Source: Chlorokybus atmophyticus (taxonomy: Eukaryota > Plantae > Mesostigma and Chlorokybus algae). Taken from it: a stretch of 64,000 nucleotides of DNA. Below the pieces are notes generated by a model that ran no database searches, was not told the DNA's origin, and saw nothing but the letters and a program-made list of their open reading frames with translations. Position 1 is the stretch's first letter, and every line of letters begins with the position of its first letter. This document shows, piece after piece, positions 26,467-39,080 of the stretch. The stretch covers positions 446,558 through 510,557 of the forward strand of contig RHPI01000772.1 in assembly GCA_009103225.1 (NCBI GenBank), read 5' to 3'. Made by a program: the position numbers and the translations under genes.

Positions 26467-26647
26467 TGGTGCCTAGCTCCGCGCATGTTGACCCCCGCAC
26501 TGCGAGCTTGGTAATGATTGTGAGCTCTCTGCAGTTGCCCGTGTGTGTGCACGCCCGCACTCATTTCACCCCTTACTTCTTTCAGCAAGAAGCGTGTGTG
26601 GAGGACCTTGCGGCTCTGACACGACAACAGGGAGTGCGCAAGCAAGC

Positions 26648-29600
26648 ATGGCGCTGATGCGCGTGGCGGCGGCGCTGCTGTTTTTGCTCGCCCAGCCCCT
26701 CTCCGCTGGTGAGAAGGACTGCGAGGCATTGCGCGTGCCTCGTACTTCTGCTTGGTCAGTCCGGTTTGGTGGCAAGTGAATGCATGCACAAGTGCAATAC
26801 AAAAAATGGATGAAGCTGGATGGCGTGTTTGGCCAACACTCTGGCAGCATTGTGGCAAGGTTGTAGTACTTTTGTCCCAGTGCATTCATCGATGGCAGCA
26901 ATCAACATGACATAGAGAGGCGTCATGCATGAAACATGGACATGCACATGAGCATAAACAGTCAAGCCCCCCCTCCTTTCCCTCCTCGTCAAAGGAAAAG
27001 AAGGAGGCTTTCTCTCTTTGCAGCTGTGTGCAGTGTGTTGGCTTTCTTCTTGTATTGCACCAGTTGCTAGCCACGCTTTCTGGTGCTGACAACTTGAACT
27101 ATGTGTTGTGCAGCTGCCACGGCTGTGATCTCTGGACGACTGTTTTGCGACAAGTGCAACAGCGGCATCCAAGTCCCCATCTCGCGCGGCGAGGTATGCT
27201 TCGGTGCTAAGAGCAGGCAAGTCCCCTCAGCAATGGGTGGCCAGGACCAACTGAGTCAAGGCTCTCTATATGTCCACGCGTTTGCAACATATTTCTCTAT
27301 ACATGTGCGAGAGAGCGAGCCCAATTACTTCTAGTTGATGTCATGCATGTGCAGGTGACGCTGAATTGCACAACGTATGTCCTACTCTTTGACGGGGATA
27401 ATTATACCTACGGGGACCATTCGGTGTTGTTGCACTCCAGCCAGTCGACCATTACAAGTGCAGATGGCACATTCAGCTTCCCCAATGTCTATATGACAGA
27501 CCAATACGTGGAACGCGTGAAAAACACCTCCGTGCTGCCTTATTATGACGACTACTACAGTGTGACCTTCCCAGTGCACTGCGACGTGTATGTCCCTGCA
27601 TCAGCGCCATGCACTGCTGCGGCCATCGCATACCCTATCAGCAACAACGTTAACTGCACAAGCCAGCAAGGAAGCTATTCACAGGGCCCTTATGCCTCTT
27701 CCCCAAGCCTCGCCTCTGTGGACGATCCACAGGATGCCTCCACTTATGCCCTTGGCAACTTTTGCCTTGCGCCGGCGCAAACACCTGTACCACCGACGTG
27801 CCCATTCCCTTCCGTTGCGCCCTCGCTGCGGCGGCTGTTCTACACCAAGCCCGTCCCCGCCGGCAAGCAAGCGTATTATGACGAGTTTGGAAGGAGGTTG
27901 GAGATTGCCTTCTGGAACGATGCAACTGGCCGTAGTGTGACGGTGCTTGAAGCCTGCACCTACCCTTACTCTCCCCACAGCGTGGAAGCTATCGGTAGTA
28001 GCTATTACGGTTACGCTGGCAACCTTCAAGTCGTAGGAGGTACGTGTATGAGAGACACAGATGTGCGCAAATGAAACAATGCCAGGATGCCTGCTTGGAC
28101 CTTGAGAGCGTATGCAATGGCAGAGAACCTTTACTTCTTGGGGCGCAACTGCTCCACTCGCGCCGTGGGGGTGTTTCGCAAGCCTGCGGCATGGCATCCT
28201 GACCGCTACCAGCGCAGCTCGCACTTTGCTCAACCCGTTCTCATCAATTCCAACTACACTTACTACGATACGTTTGCTGTTGATGTGGATGGTGAGACAG
28301 CTTGCTTGGGACAGTGCGAGGGAGCGCAATGCATTGTACAGGCATCTCATGGCTCTCTTGTGGTGATGCAGATAGCGGAAAGGAGTACGTGTACTTTGCG
28401 GGTCTATATCCGGCTGGAGATGGCATCTCGTATGTCACGCATTTTGCCGTACAGACTGCCACCTGGCCCGAGGCGGTCGTCCTGGATGTGTATGAAGATT
28501 ACCAGTACACAGGCGAAAGAAGCCCGGGATATTCATGGGATGCGTTGCACAGCATTGTTGTCGATTCCTCAGGTGCGTGTGTGACAGCACAGATGCAAAA
28601 AGTGTGTGATTCACCATGCTTGTGAGCAACTGCTGGTACCACCACCACCACACACACACATACCAGCGCAACCAAGCACGTGCGCACGCGCATTCTTTGC
28701 AAAATTTTGACTTCTAAGCCTAAACCATGCGATAAGACTCTTACATGTGCTTGTGTATTATGTGGCTTGCAGTGACGCCGCGCAGGGTGTGGTGGGCTTG
28801 GGAGGAGAATTACGCGTTTCCTTCTCCAACCTGCTCCGTCAGCTACGGAGCCATCTCTCCCGATCATCGCTCGATTACCAACCAGCAGCTATGGGATTTT
28901 TGTGTCAAGTTTATGTCCTTCGACCAAGGTGCACATGCGAATGCACGCACGTGCACCGGCGCAAAACTGTGATCCATAAACACTGCTAACCACATGGTTG
29001 ATGACGACAGTACACAAGAGGCTGTTTGCGTTGCACTATGGCCTTGATTTCTTGCGTGATGGGCTACTGCTGTCGGTGTTCAACATATCCGGAGAAGGGC
29101 CCGTGCCCATCCTCAGCAGTCGCCCACTTGGGTTGCAAGTGGACGCCATAGCATACTACGCTCCAGCGAGTAAGCCTTGTGCCCCCCCCCCCCCCNNNNN
29201 NNNNNNNNNNNNNNNNNNNNNNNNNNNNNNNNNNNNNNNNNNNNNNNNNNNNNNNNNNNNNNNNNNNNNNNNNNNNNNNNNNNNNNNNNNNNNNNNNNNN
29301 NNNNNNNNNNNNNNNNNNNNNNNNNNNNNNNNNNNNNNNNNNNNNNNNNNNNNNNNNNNNNNNNNNNNNNNNNNNNNNNNNNNNNNNNNNNNNNNNNNNN
29401 NNNNNNNNNNNNNNNNNNNNNNNNNNNNNNNNNNNNNNNNNNNNNTCCCCCCCTTCTGCGTTCCACCATGCGCTCTCACCCTCCCCTCTTACATCTACAA
29501 TTGTCAACGCAGACTACCTTTTCTTCAGCGCGATGAACGTGTTGAACTTGGACAGCAGCGATGCAACGGCGTACGTGGAATTGTCACAGCTGGTGGGCAA

Positions 29601-29751
29601 GGCGGAGCTTGACGCTTGTCTTGCAGTTTCTGGCAGCAGCGATGAAGACAAGCGCAAGCCGTGTGCTGCGACAGGGGTTGCCACTCATGGCAACCGTCCC
29701 GTGCACATTGTGACTCCCCCCCCAGGCGGCAGCATCGCCCTGTTCTATTAG
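26648..29751 (+). CDS. Multi-exon gene for a predicted secreted protein: signal peptide, Pollen Ole e 1-like N-terminal domain, Pro-rich linker, possible beta-propeller-like region. Inferred exons 26648-26708, 27114-27193, 27355-28039, 28124-28291, 28342-28572, 28773-28928, 29011-29169, 29513-~29751 (3' end uncertain)
   Basis: GT-AG junctions with consistent phases give one open frame: MALMRVAAALLFLLAQPLSA|AATAVISGRLFCDKCNSG...VTLNC...TSADGTFSF, resembling the Ole e 1 pattern G.V.CD.C...V.L.C...T..DG.F. Exons are conserved in the inverted paralog. Confidence 0.72.
29196..29445. other. Assembly gap (250 N) inside an intron next to a poly-C run
   Basis: N run. Confidence 0.99.
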
Positions 29752-31986
29752 CTGATGGTGAGTGCATGCTTCCTCGTGCACCAGTAATTGCGTGGTCGCC
29801 ATGCTCACAAATGCAAATGTTTGCAGGGGATAAGTGGACAACCATGGCTCCATCATGTCAACCGCTAAAGGCTGGCCTTAGCGTGTATACAACCGCGTAC
29901 GCAACCAAGTCATACATGGTGTGTTGCATGCTAGTCACCTCCTTGCCCTACAAGCGTTATGCCTCCAGAAACAAATGTTTCACAAAGTGTTTGCATGCAA
30001 TCATGCATGCAAAAGCAAGCATGCGTGTGTCCGTGTGTGCGGGAGGGGGGAAAGGGGGGGAGGGGCATACCTGAGGTAGGCTAGGCCAGGTGCATTCGCG
30101 ACGGCAAGGGCAAAAAGCGCCGCCGAAGCAGCAGCAGGTGTGAGACCGTAATCATGGCTGCACGCAGCCCCACTGCAGACTGCAGAGCAAGCAAGCATTA
30201 GCATGAAGGCGGGACAGCAAACACAAATGCACACAAGCGACACTGTATTGTATACATGTAATCTCTTTCTATCAACATTAAGCATACATACGCCTGATGG
30301 AGTGTGCCATCAAAGTCCCCATCGGGCATGACCACATGTACACCACTCGTTTGTTAATAAGCAATGCGTGTGTGGCAGCACATTGTAATAGTGACAGCTG
30401 AGAGTGTTTGGGGTGGATGATAGACTCTCAATTGTCTGCGCATACATGTGGCGTCACGGTGCTATTTTCTCACACACTTTGCTTGGCCATGGGTCACATC
30501 TAAAAAGGACTGCAAACACCATGGGTTCAACCTGAGACCAACTATAGCCTTTGGATAGGTCCACCATCCGCCTTTTAGAATGTGTCTTAATTAACTTTGA
30601 TGGGTTCCGTACAGACAAGCGATGACTATGACATAAACACAGATAAGGCACGGTCCTTTAGTCATGTTATGAGAGATCAGGAGTCCCAATCTCATGTCTT
30701 GGCAAGACTCGACTATCAGTGCACATTTCTGTAAGCAAGATGTGAGCAACGTCCACAAGGCCATGGACAGTAGTGCGTTTTTCGATAACAAAAACGCAGC
30801 AAAAAATGCGGAGCAGCTAGGCTACGCATGCAATTCTTACAATTACGTGTTTGTTACTAGGAACAAACACACAAGCCGAGCCCGCACAAGCACTCGACAC
30901 AACTATGGCAAGAGAGTGTTGGTAAGTTTCGTCCATTCGCATGGGTTGGCGATGCGACGGCAACGGCACTGGCAAGCTAGCACAGGGGCACAGAGCGGGT
31001 ATAGAAGAGTCCGACAAGAGAGTCTAACAACTTTCCCAAGTGCGGCACCTGCACGATTGTAGCAACCATTGGCACCGACAGCGACACCACCACTTGCAGC
31101 GGCGGCAAACACGNGGGGGGAGGGGGACATGCAGCAGCAATCAACATTGGGCTAGTGGCAACGCCACCAGCACCTGCAGCAACGACACGTGCAACACCAT
31201 CAGCATTAGCAGCAGATGCAACAGCGCGTGCGACACTTCCAGCGTCAGTCGCGGCATCAGCAGCAGCACCCACGAGCCCTGCGGAGCGGCAACATCAGAG
31301 CAATGATTTGCAGTTGCTCGTTGACAGTGGTAATAGCGAGCGCAGGCGACGGTGGTAATAGTGCTCGCAGCCACGGCCATTCGCCTCACCAAAAGACGAT
31401 AAGACGACGCGGTCCCCACTACGGCTGCAGCGGATGTTGCTGCTTTGACTCACGAGGATGTTGTGTAGTGGTTGTACGCGTGTGTAGTAGAGTTGATAGT
31501 GAGTTGTAATACCGCTAGCCCATGAACCCTTGCGTTTCCATGTAATACACATCATCATCATAATTGCGGTGGCGGACGATGTGATCTATGTGGACGTCCG
31601 CCTGTCCGCGGCTGAGTTAGCGTTGCATACCACTGCATGTTAAGATTGCCGTGTTTGTGCCGCATATGCTCGTGAGGCAGCACCAGCAGCGGAGGCGCGC
31701 TGCACGCCAGTGGTGCCGCCCCCAGCAGCTGCGTGGGTGTGGGTGCGGAGCCAAAAGCGCTCTTCACATGTGATCGACTTGTTCGGTTCCACCTATCAGA
31801 TGGCATGATGTGTCCTGCGGCGTGGTGGAGACCCCGTCCCACCACTTCGTCGAGTGTGCATACTAGCAATGGTTTCGTGGTGATTCCTTCTAGGAGGTGA
31901 ATTCTTCTCTCCTTCTCTTCTTGCTGTTTTTCCGCCCTCCTTGCCCCACTTCCAGAGGGCATGCATTGCGCATGCTGTGGGGCAAG

Positions 31987-32580
31987 TGTCATGCCTATCG
32001 CCCAAGCATGCCAGTCGTCATCGGGCATGCCTACAGCGAGACCCTCGCCCGGCTTACTAGCATGGCGACCCGCGCGCGTCTCTGACCAGTAGCTAGGTCA
32101 TGTCTCTAGAGTAGCTCATGACCATAGCCTACGTAGGCACCGCGCGTAGCTGTTCAGTTGTGAGTTCAGTTATAAATCAGGTTCTATATCGAGTGGGATT
32201 TCCTGTGGAAATAGCCTCGATATGACCGTTAGCTTATGTTCTGGACATGAGTTGACTTGTATAAGTAAGCACAGTGTTCACCGGATCAGCTGGTGACACT
32301 GTAAGTGAGAAAGCTAAGAGCTTGTGAAGCGATACGAAACACGCCGTCTCGGTTCCCAAGAATCCCCTCACCGTGTGAGAGCCTGTGCATGTTTTTGTGC
32401 ACTGTGCTTGTCTTTGCTGTGAGTTTTTGTGTACTTGGTCGCGGTGTGCTTGTTGGCATCAGTCAGGGCATAGCATCCACGTGTTGCTTGCTCATTCACC
32501 TCACTGAACAGTGTAATTTCTCTTCCACTCATGCAAAGAACTGTGTAAACAGCACTACCTACAGTAGTGGCTTGTTGACT
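31987..32580 (+). repeat. Element 2 5' terminal repeat A1
   Basis: Near-identical to 42220-42821. Confidence 0.95.
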
Positions 32581-32791
32581 TACAGTGTCACCCTCTTTGC
32601 TTACGTGAGTGTAGTTGCAGGCTGTACATCAGCATCGCAATCTGTAGTTGTACACATCGCAGTGCAGTGCTGTCACCGTCAGCGCATAGCGCGCACAAGC
32701 GCTAGTGTGTTGGGTGATAGCAACACTGGAGATCCCATTGTAGAGCACAAATACTCTACCCTTCATCCACTTTCACCATCGCATCAGCTGT

Positions 32792-35700
32792 ATGAGCAGG
32801 CCCACCCCTTTCTCGCCAATAGAAGAAGGGGACCTCAACAGCTGGAGCCCAACCTCCAACCTTACCTACGAGCGCGCAAGTGAAGGGAGCGATTTCCGTA
32901 GCAGCAGAGGCTCACGCCCCGTTTCCGGCTTCACCTCCTCTCACTCCACTCCTCGACAACGAGCATCTCCACCACCGTCGGACAGTGACGACGAGGAGAT
33001 GGAGCCTTCCAGCTCAACCAACTCCCTACGCTTCTCCGGACGCCCTGGCACCACCTCACTTGACGAGTTCATCATCAAGTTCCACTCCAAGATGCGGCAG
33101 CAAGCCCTCAAGAGCAAGGATTGGACAGATGAGGTATCGTTTCATGTGTCCGCTCAATACCTTGATCACGACGCACATAATGTGTGGAAGTCCGCCGCTG
33201 AGTTGCACAAGATTGATGGCTATGGCGAGTTGGCCAGCACAATAGCCTCCACGTCACTGCATAGCCCATCGGTTACTGTCCCTGTATCAGCGGCCCCGCC
33301 AGCCTTAGTCACGGGTCTCACTCTAGCTGCAGCCATGGAGAAGGCAGAGAATAAAGAAGTTGAGGTGGTAGTGGCCTCGTTGACTCCTGCAGAGATCGAA
33401 AGCAAGAAGGCCGAGCGCCGGATCAGGATACTCAACCGCACCGCTGCCATCATCAGGGAGCAACAAGAGGAGCAGCAAGCTGCAGCGTTGGAGATGGGTA
33501 CGCCCCTGCTACCAACACCGAACTCGCGTGCTCCAGCGGGAGGCAGTGTTTTCACCCTCGGCTCAGTGGCATTGCGTGCACCCGCGCTTACGGTGGGCGC
33601 GGCCATGTCGGACTCCCCGTTGAAGGACCTCTACGCCGCACTCCGGCGCACCTTCCCACCTCAAACCAACAGCAAGGTGGAGGAGTTGAGGCGTTTTCGA
33701 CGGAAGCCCAATGAGGACCCTCTCCGACTGTATTTACGGTTGGAAGGGTTGCTTAGGGACACTGATTACAAAATCGTCAGCGAGGAGGCGGCAGCAGTGG
33801 TGTATGTGGCCGAGTTAGATCCCACCCTGAGTGAGTCAACGCGCCTGACGCCGAACTACAGCAGGCCCCTCGGCTACACCCTCAAGGAAGCTTTCGCAAC
33901 TGCACAAGCCATCCACAAGCGCGCAGTGTATGAGAAAGCGGTGCTGGACACCAACCGCAGTGCCTCGCGGCCTATGGCAGGCACAAGTGCAGAGCCTCTT
34001 CGGCGAGACCGCAGCCGAGAGCCGCAAGGCATCCACAACAAGGATAAACGGTCAGCTCATGCTGCCCTTGTGGCTCCAGTGCTGTGCCACCGGTGTGGTC
34101 GACATGGCCACTACCAAAAGGAGTGCACCGAAGATTATGGCAACCTTGTGTGCGACTACTGCCACAAGACGGGACACTTGGAGACAGTATGCTGGCTCGA
34201 GTTCCCTGAGCTGCGGCCCTCTATTGGCTACAACAACGGCAACAACGCTGTTGGCTACCGCGGCAACAACAACAACAACAACGGGGGCTACAACAACAGC
34301 CACCACGCTGGCGGCTACAACAACAGCAACAACGCTAGTTGTCGCAACAATGGCAACAACGCTGGTGGCCACAACCGCAACAACAACAACATTGCTGGCG
34401 CCCGAGAAGCTGGCTACAGAGGGAAAAACCGCCCTCCATAGCACAAAGGATTTGAGGGACTTCCTCGCGCTGGAGCTGCTGCTGTAAAGGCACCAGCCAA
34501 CCCACCAGCTATTAACCAAGTGGCAGCCCTGATGGCGCGCGTGGCACAGCTGGAGGAGAATAAGGAGCAGGACTATCAAGCCTGCTATGCTGCTAGGTGG
34601 GCACTGATGGCACCAAAACGGGATAGGGACACTCCCACGCCGTCACGCGTACAACCATCAAGACGTGCGCGCAGAGAAGCTGGCGCGTCGTCAACATCGG
34701 CATCGTCGGACGCCACAAGTGGTGCTGCCTCGGCAGCCACAACCACCGCTGGGACGACGCCGTCGACGACACCGTCGGCGTCCACACCGACCACGACAGC
34801 AGGTGTCAGCACTTTTGGCACCACGCTGTCCCCGGTAATGGAGAGCACCCACGCCGCAACAACCATGGTCGTTGGGTTCGTAAGTGGTGAATCCACCACT
34901 CCTGCCTCCATCGACAGCGACCACATCGGCCGCAACTGCTGCCACCCTCACAGCCGCCACCTCAGTAACGACGACTGCTGCAGGTGCCACCACCATCGTC
35001 TCCAGTAGTGCTGCCACACCCACTGCGCCACTTCCTGAGATTCGAACAGCACCGCCACCAGCGCTTGACGTCACACAGCAAGTGCCACGCGGACCACAAG
35101 CAAAACGCGCCTGGGCGTCGGTTCTACGCAATGTGGAGCCCACCACCATTGCGTACGGACCAGGGGGGCAACGCACCACGCGCGTGGCACGCGATGATCG
35201 CATCTTGCCCCTACCACCTCCAGAGTACCACACGCTGCCGGAACCCACACAACAGCAGCTGGAGGATGAAATCCTCGCCGGCACTGCGCCAGAAATGAGG
35301 GAGCGTCTCTTCGGGGTCACCTACCGGCGACCTGCAGTATTGGAGCTGGTCATTCAGTTGTTCTTGGCATTACACGCACAATTGCAAGGCGCACCCAGTC
35401 AAACGCGGCAACCCATGCCCGCTCAACAGATTGACTTCGAGCCTTCGCCACTGGACCCACTCGGACTTCAGCGCCACAAAATACAAGACCTCGTGGTCAC
35501 CATGTTAGACATCGCGCTGGGCACTGATCCCGCTCTCCGGGGGCTCACTCCAGGCAGTCGTCAAGAGCGTTTCTCGGCTCTCGAACAGGCACATCGTTAT
35601 CAGGTGGACTAAGCTGCCCAAGTGGACGCTCGCCGACGGGCGTACGAAGCCGCACACGCCGTTATCGTACCAACCGTAGCTTCGACAGATGTTGCCAGCG

Positions 35701-36728
35701 CCTCCACAACGCTGACAATAGGGTACTCCACGGCAGTCGCCATCGAACAGCCAGGGCAAGCAACTGTTGCAGACCAAGCGAGGGCGTTGGCACAATTGAG
35801 GGGGGTAATCGCCCCGCTGCTGCCTTCTTTGGTCGAAGACATGCCCGAGGATCAACGCGATGCAGTGCGAGGGTACCTCACCCCGCAAGGGGACACCACA
35901 AAACGAGGAGGAGCTGGTATGGTGGGGGAGCAACAACTCCGTACCGCACTCATCCGGCAAGCAGTCATGTTGCACAGGCCTGAGGGCAACACGTTGAGAC
36001 AGATAATGGGGATGCAAGAGGGCAGCGCCGCTCGTGCCCGTCTCGTGACATGGCTCGTTGCCAATCACCCTACTGTCCCCCTGTTTGCCTTTGGCAACCG
36101 AGCATCATGGTTGGGGGCGTTCGTTCGTTCGCTGCGCCAAGCATACGACGAGGCTGCCACCACAGCCCCGGACACGCTGGAGGGAATGCAAGAGGCAATG
36201 CTGCGGCTGCCAGGGGTGGAAGCCGCACGACAACGGCGGCGCATCGCCATTGCTCATGAGCTACACGCACAGCAGACTGACCTCCAGCGCACCCTACGCG
36301 CGCGCGACATGACCGTGCTCGATGTGGGAGTGGTACAAGGAAGGTGGGATGCCTATATGGCAGGGATCTTGCGAGTCCCCACCATCACTCACGACATGCG
36401 GCGACAGCTACTACGCGCCGTATACCTGCAGCCCATGCCTCAATATCATCATTGGATCGACACGGACACCGAGCCCACGGCCACGTGGGAAGGGACGTTG
36501 GTCAGAGATGCAGCTCATGCTGTCCGATGGACGTACGCCGCGGAGCAAGCTGAACGCGAGGCAGGCCCACAAACAGCGGGGCCGCCGGGGTTTCCTCCAC
36601 AGTCATTGGGTACACCCGCGGGCATGATTCCATCTTCGCAAAGGCGGCATCCACTTGCGCCGCCACCACAACCAGCGCCAGAACCTCCAGCACTGAGGCC
36701 CCCCCGTGTCTACCAACCACCACGCTAA
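32792..36728 (+). pseudogene. Element 2 Gag-like ORF with two CCHC zinc knuckles, followed by a Thr/Ala-rich linker and a long unassigned domain; premature stops and one frameshift
   Basis: CHRCGRHGHYQKEC, CDYCHKTGHLETVC; stops at 34439, 35610, 36726; homologous to element 1. Confidence 0.87.
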
Positions 36729-36800
36729 GGTCGGTTCGGCAGAGGGAGAGAGCAAGGAGGGGGTTCTCCGGACCCAGCAGGCAGAGGAGCTCTGGCTGCA

Positions 36801-37331
36801 ATGCGCTCAGCACCCCCAGCTGAGAGAACAGAGGCAAAGGTGCAGACAGCTCGTATGAAGAGGCTGCGTATCGACGCCAACGCTGCCATGGTGGCCAACC
36901 AAGGCAAGCACGTTACCATCAACGGCCTGGCACCCAAGCGAGTAATGTTGGACACCGGAGCACAGCCTGTCATCATCGGGCGCTTCCTCGCGCAGTCTCT
37001 CGGCATAACCAGCTCCGACTTGGTGCCTTGCCCGTACGTGTTGGACACTGCCACAGGTAGCCGAGATAAGGTGATGGGAGTCACCAGGGAGGCCTTCTGC
37101 ATTCGGTTGACAGGGCTGGACCCAACCCACACAACCGAGATTGTCCGGCAATGTGTGGTCACCAATGCCGGCTCCTTCGACTTTTGCTTGGGCAGGACTT
37201 CAACTTTCCTGTGGGCATGGGCCTCGATTGCTGGACAGAGCGAGCGTGGTTTCGGCCACATTGGGGATGAGGATGACGGGGAGGTGCAGGGTTTCCTGCC
37301 TCTCGAGTTGGCCTCGCGCACGCGCGCCTAG
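36801..37331 (+). pseudogene. Element 2 aspartic protease
   Basis: RVMLDTGAQPVII (DTG at 36951-36959). Confidence 0.9.
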
Positions 37332-37679
37332 CGCAGAGTGGCTGCCGTGGCCACACGCAGCCACGCCCGCACACGGCAGGCTGCAATGGCCACATACGAC
37401 GGCGCTCGGACGCAATTCGCTGCTGGTGCCACGGTCCCGTGTCGGACCGTCGACTCCTCTCCCACCCCGTACAACGAGGAGCAGGAGGATGCCACCGTGG
37501 AAGTGGCATTACAAGACTCAGCTGAACGGCGCTGGCGTGCACAGGTGGACGCACACATCTTGCTCAGCCATCCATTGATCACCACGCGCTTCCCCAACTA
37601 CCGAAGCCACATCAAGGTGCAGGACCACCATATGGTGGCCACCGGAGTGGTGGAGTTCCACACCTCTCGCAGGCAGCAG

Positions 37680-38640
37680 GGCATCATAGTGTTGGAGCTG
37701 TTCGGAGGCATTGGCAGTGGTCTTGCTGCGGTCCTCAACACAGGGGTAAAGGTTGTCAAATACTATTACTGCGACCCGGACCCACACGCTCAGATAGCCC
37801 TGGAACACCACTTACGCCAACTGCACGAAAGGTATTCACGTCAAATACCCCTCTCGGCGTTGCAAGGCAGCCTCAAAGCATTGCCACAAGACATCCGGCT
37901 GATCACTGAGGATCACCTACTGTCCCTAGGCAACGTCGACCTGTTAATAGCTGGGTGGGAATGCCAAGGGCACTGCAGGGCAGGGGCACAGCCTCGAAAA
38001 CCCTCGCTCCGGGCTGTTTTGAGAGCTGATGAGAATCATCCACCTCCTTCAACACCACCAGATCTCCAGACCCCTGGGGTACGTCATTGAAAATGTGCAT
38101 TCAGAGGACGACAGGCGTCCGCACGTGGTCTTCAGCTACCGACAAGTTTGCTCCATTCTAGGGCACCCACTCAAGGTGAACGCTGCACGACATGGCTCGC
38201 GCGCACATCGTGTACGTGCCAAGTGGACAAACTTGGCCACCGTGGAAGAACTCATGACCGCAGAATACACGCGCAGCGCTCGGCCGCGCGACCTGCTGGT
38301 CAGTGACATCCTTGACCCCGGCCGCACAGCACAACCTGTCCTGCGTCATGACCACCACCACTTCTACCCGTGCAATCAGCCAGGGCAGCCCCGTCGCGCA
38401 CTGCCCACATTGGTGTCCTACCAAGGCTCCTACGCATTCCGGAACGGTGGTGATGGGATGGTGTTTGATGCGACCACCAACAGGTTGAAGGAACCCAACG
38501 CGCGCGAACGTGAACGCGCCATGGGATTCTTCCCCAACAGCATCACGGGTTCATCGCTGACAGATAGTCAGCAATGCCAGCTGCCTGGCCGCGCCATGGA
38601 CCAAAACAGCATGGTATGGTTGCTGGAGCTTGGCTTCGCA
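37680..38640 (+). pseudogene. Element 2 C5 cytosine DNA methyltransferase domain between protease and RT (one frameshift near 37985)
   Basis: Motif I VLELFGGIGSG, motif IV DLLIAGWECQGH, motif VI YVIENV, motif VIII AHRVRAKWTN, motif X-like GRAMD. Confidence 0.92.
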
Positions 38641-39080
38641 TTACAAGACTGCCACGTGTCCTTCAAGGATCTCGAACACTTGGCTGGGGGGTGGGCTGAT
38701 CGCGAAGTCGACACCAAGGCAGCTCACACAGCCCTCGAGGTGGTCCACATGGAGGAGCAAGCAGCAGTGACAGTGGAGGACATTCCCGTGGTCGCCAACG
38801 CAACCTCCTGGGACCATGCCATTGGCCCGTTGGCCACAAAAGACACTCGAGAGAAGCTGGAGACTCTCCTCAACAATTGGAGGAGCCAATTCAGCTTCAA
38901 TGTGAAGGAATTGGGGACATGCTCAATGTACCAGATGGACATCGAGCTGGTGGACACTGAGCCGGTGTTCCGACGGCAATACAGGCTCTCCAAGTTGGAA
39001 GAGGACTTGGTGGAACAGAGATGTAAGGCGCTGCTTGATGCAGGCCTTATCAAAGAGTCCACATCGGAGCAGCAACCGTC

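Noticed and set aside
28998-29751. ORFs containing long X runs (also 43662-44142 and 49141-49742)
   Set aside because: They are open only because they cross N gaps; only the flanking exon pieces are used.
30900-31560. Ala/Thr/Gln-rich ORFs
   Set aside because: GCA/CAG-rich low complexity with stops in all frames and an N; no assignable homology.
31987-32580. Reading element 2 as an ordinary LTR element with a truncated 5' LTR and a partly duplicated 3' LTR
   Set aside because: The same layout occurs in diverged copies, the TSDs flank A1 and B2, and the host frame is restored at element 1.
34880-35010. Programmed gag-pol frameshift
   Set aside because: The frame change is in a low-complexity linker, the shift differs between elements 1 and 2, and no slippery heptamer is shared.
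36380-36540. HDMR/HDVR followed by H and Y as a tyrosine-recombinase H-x-x-R...Y signature, which would make the element DIRS-like
   Set aside because: The spacing does not fit the recombinase boxes, and a complete DDE integrase plus TSDs are present; left for structure prediction.
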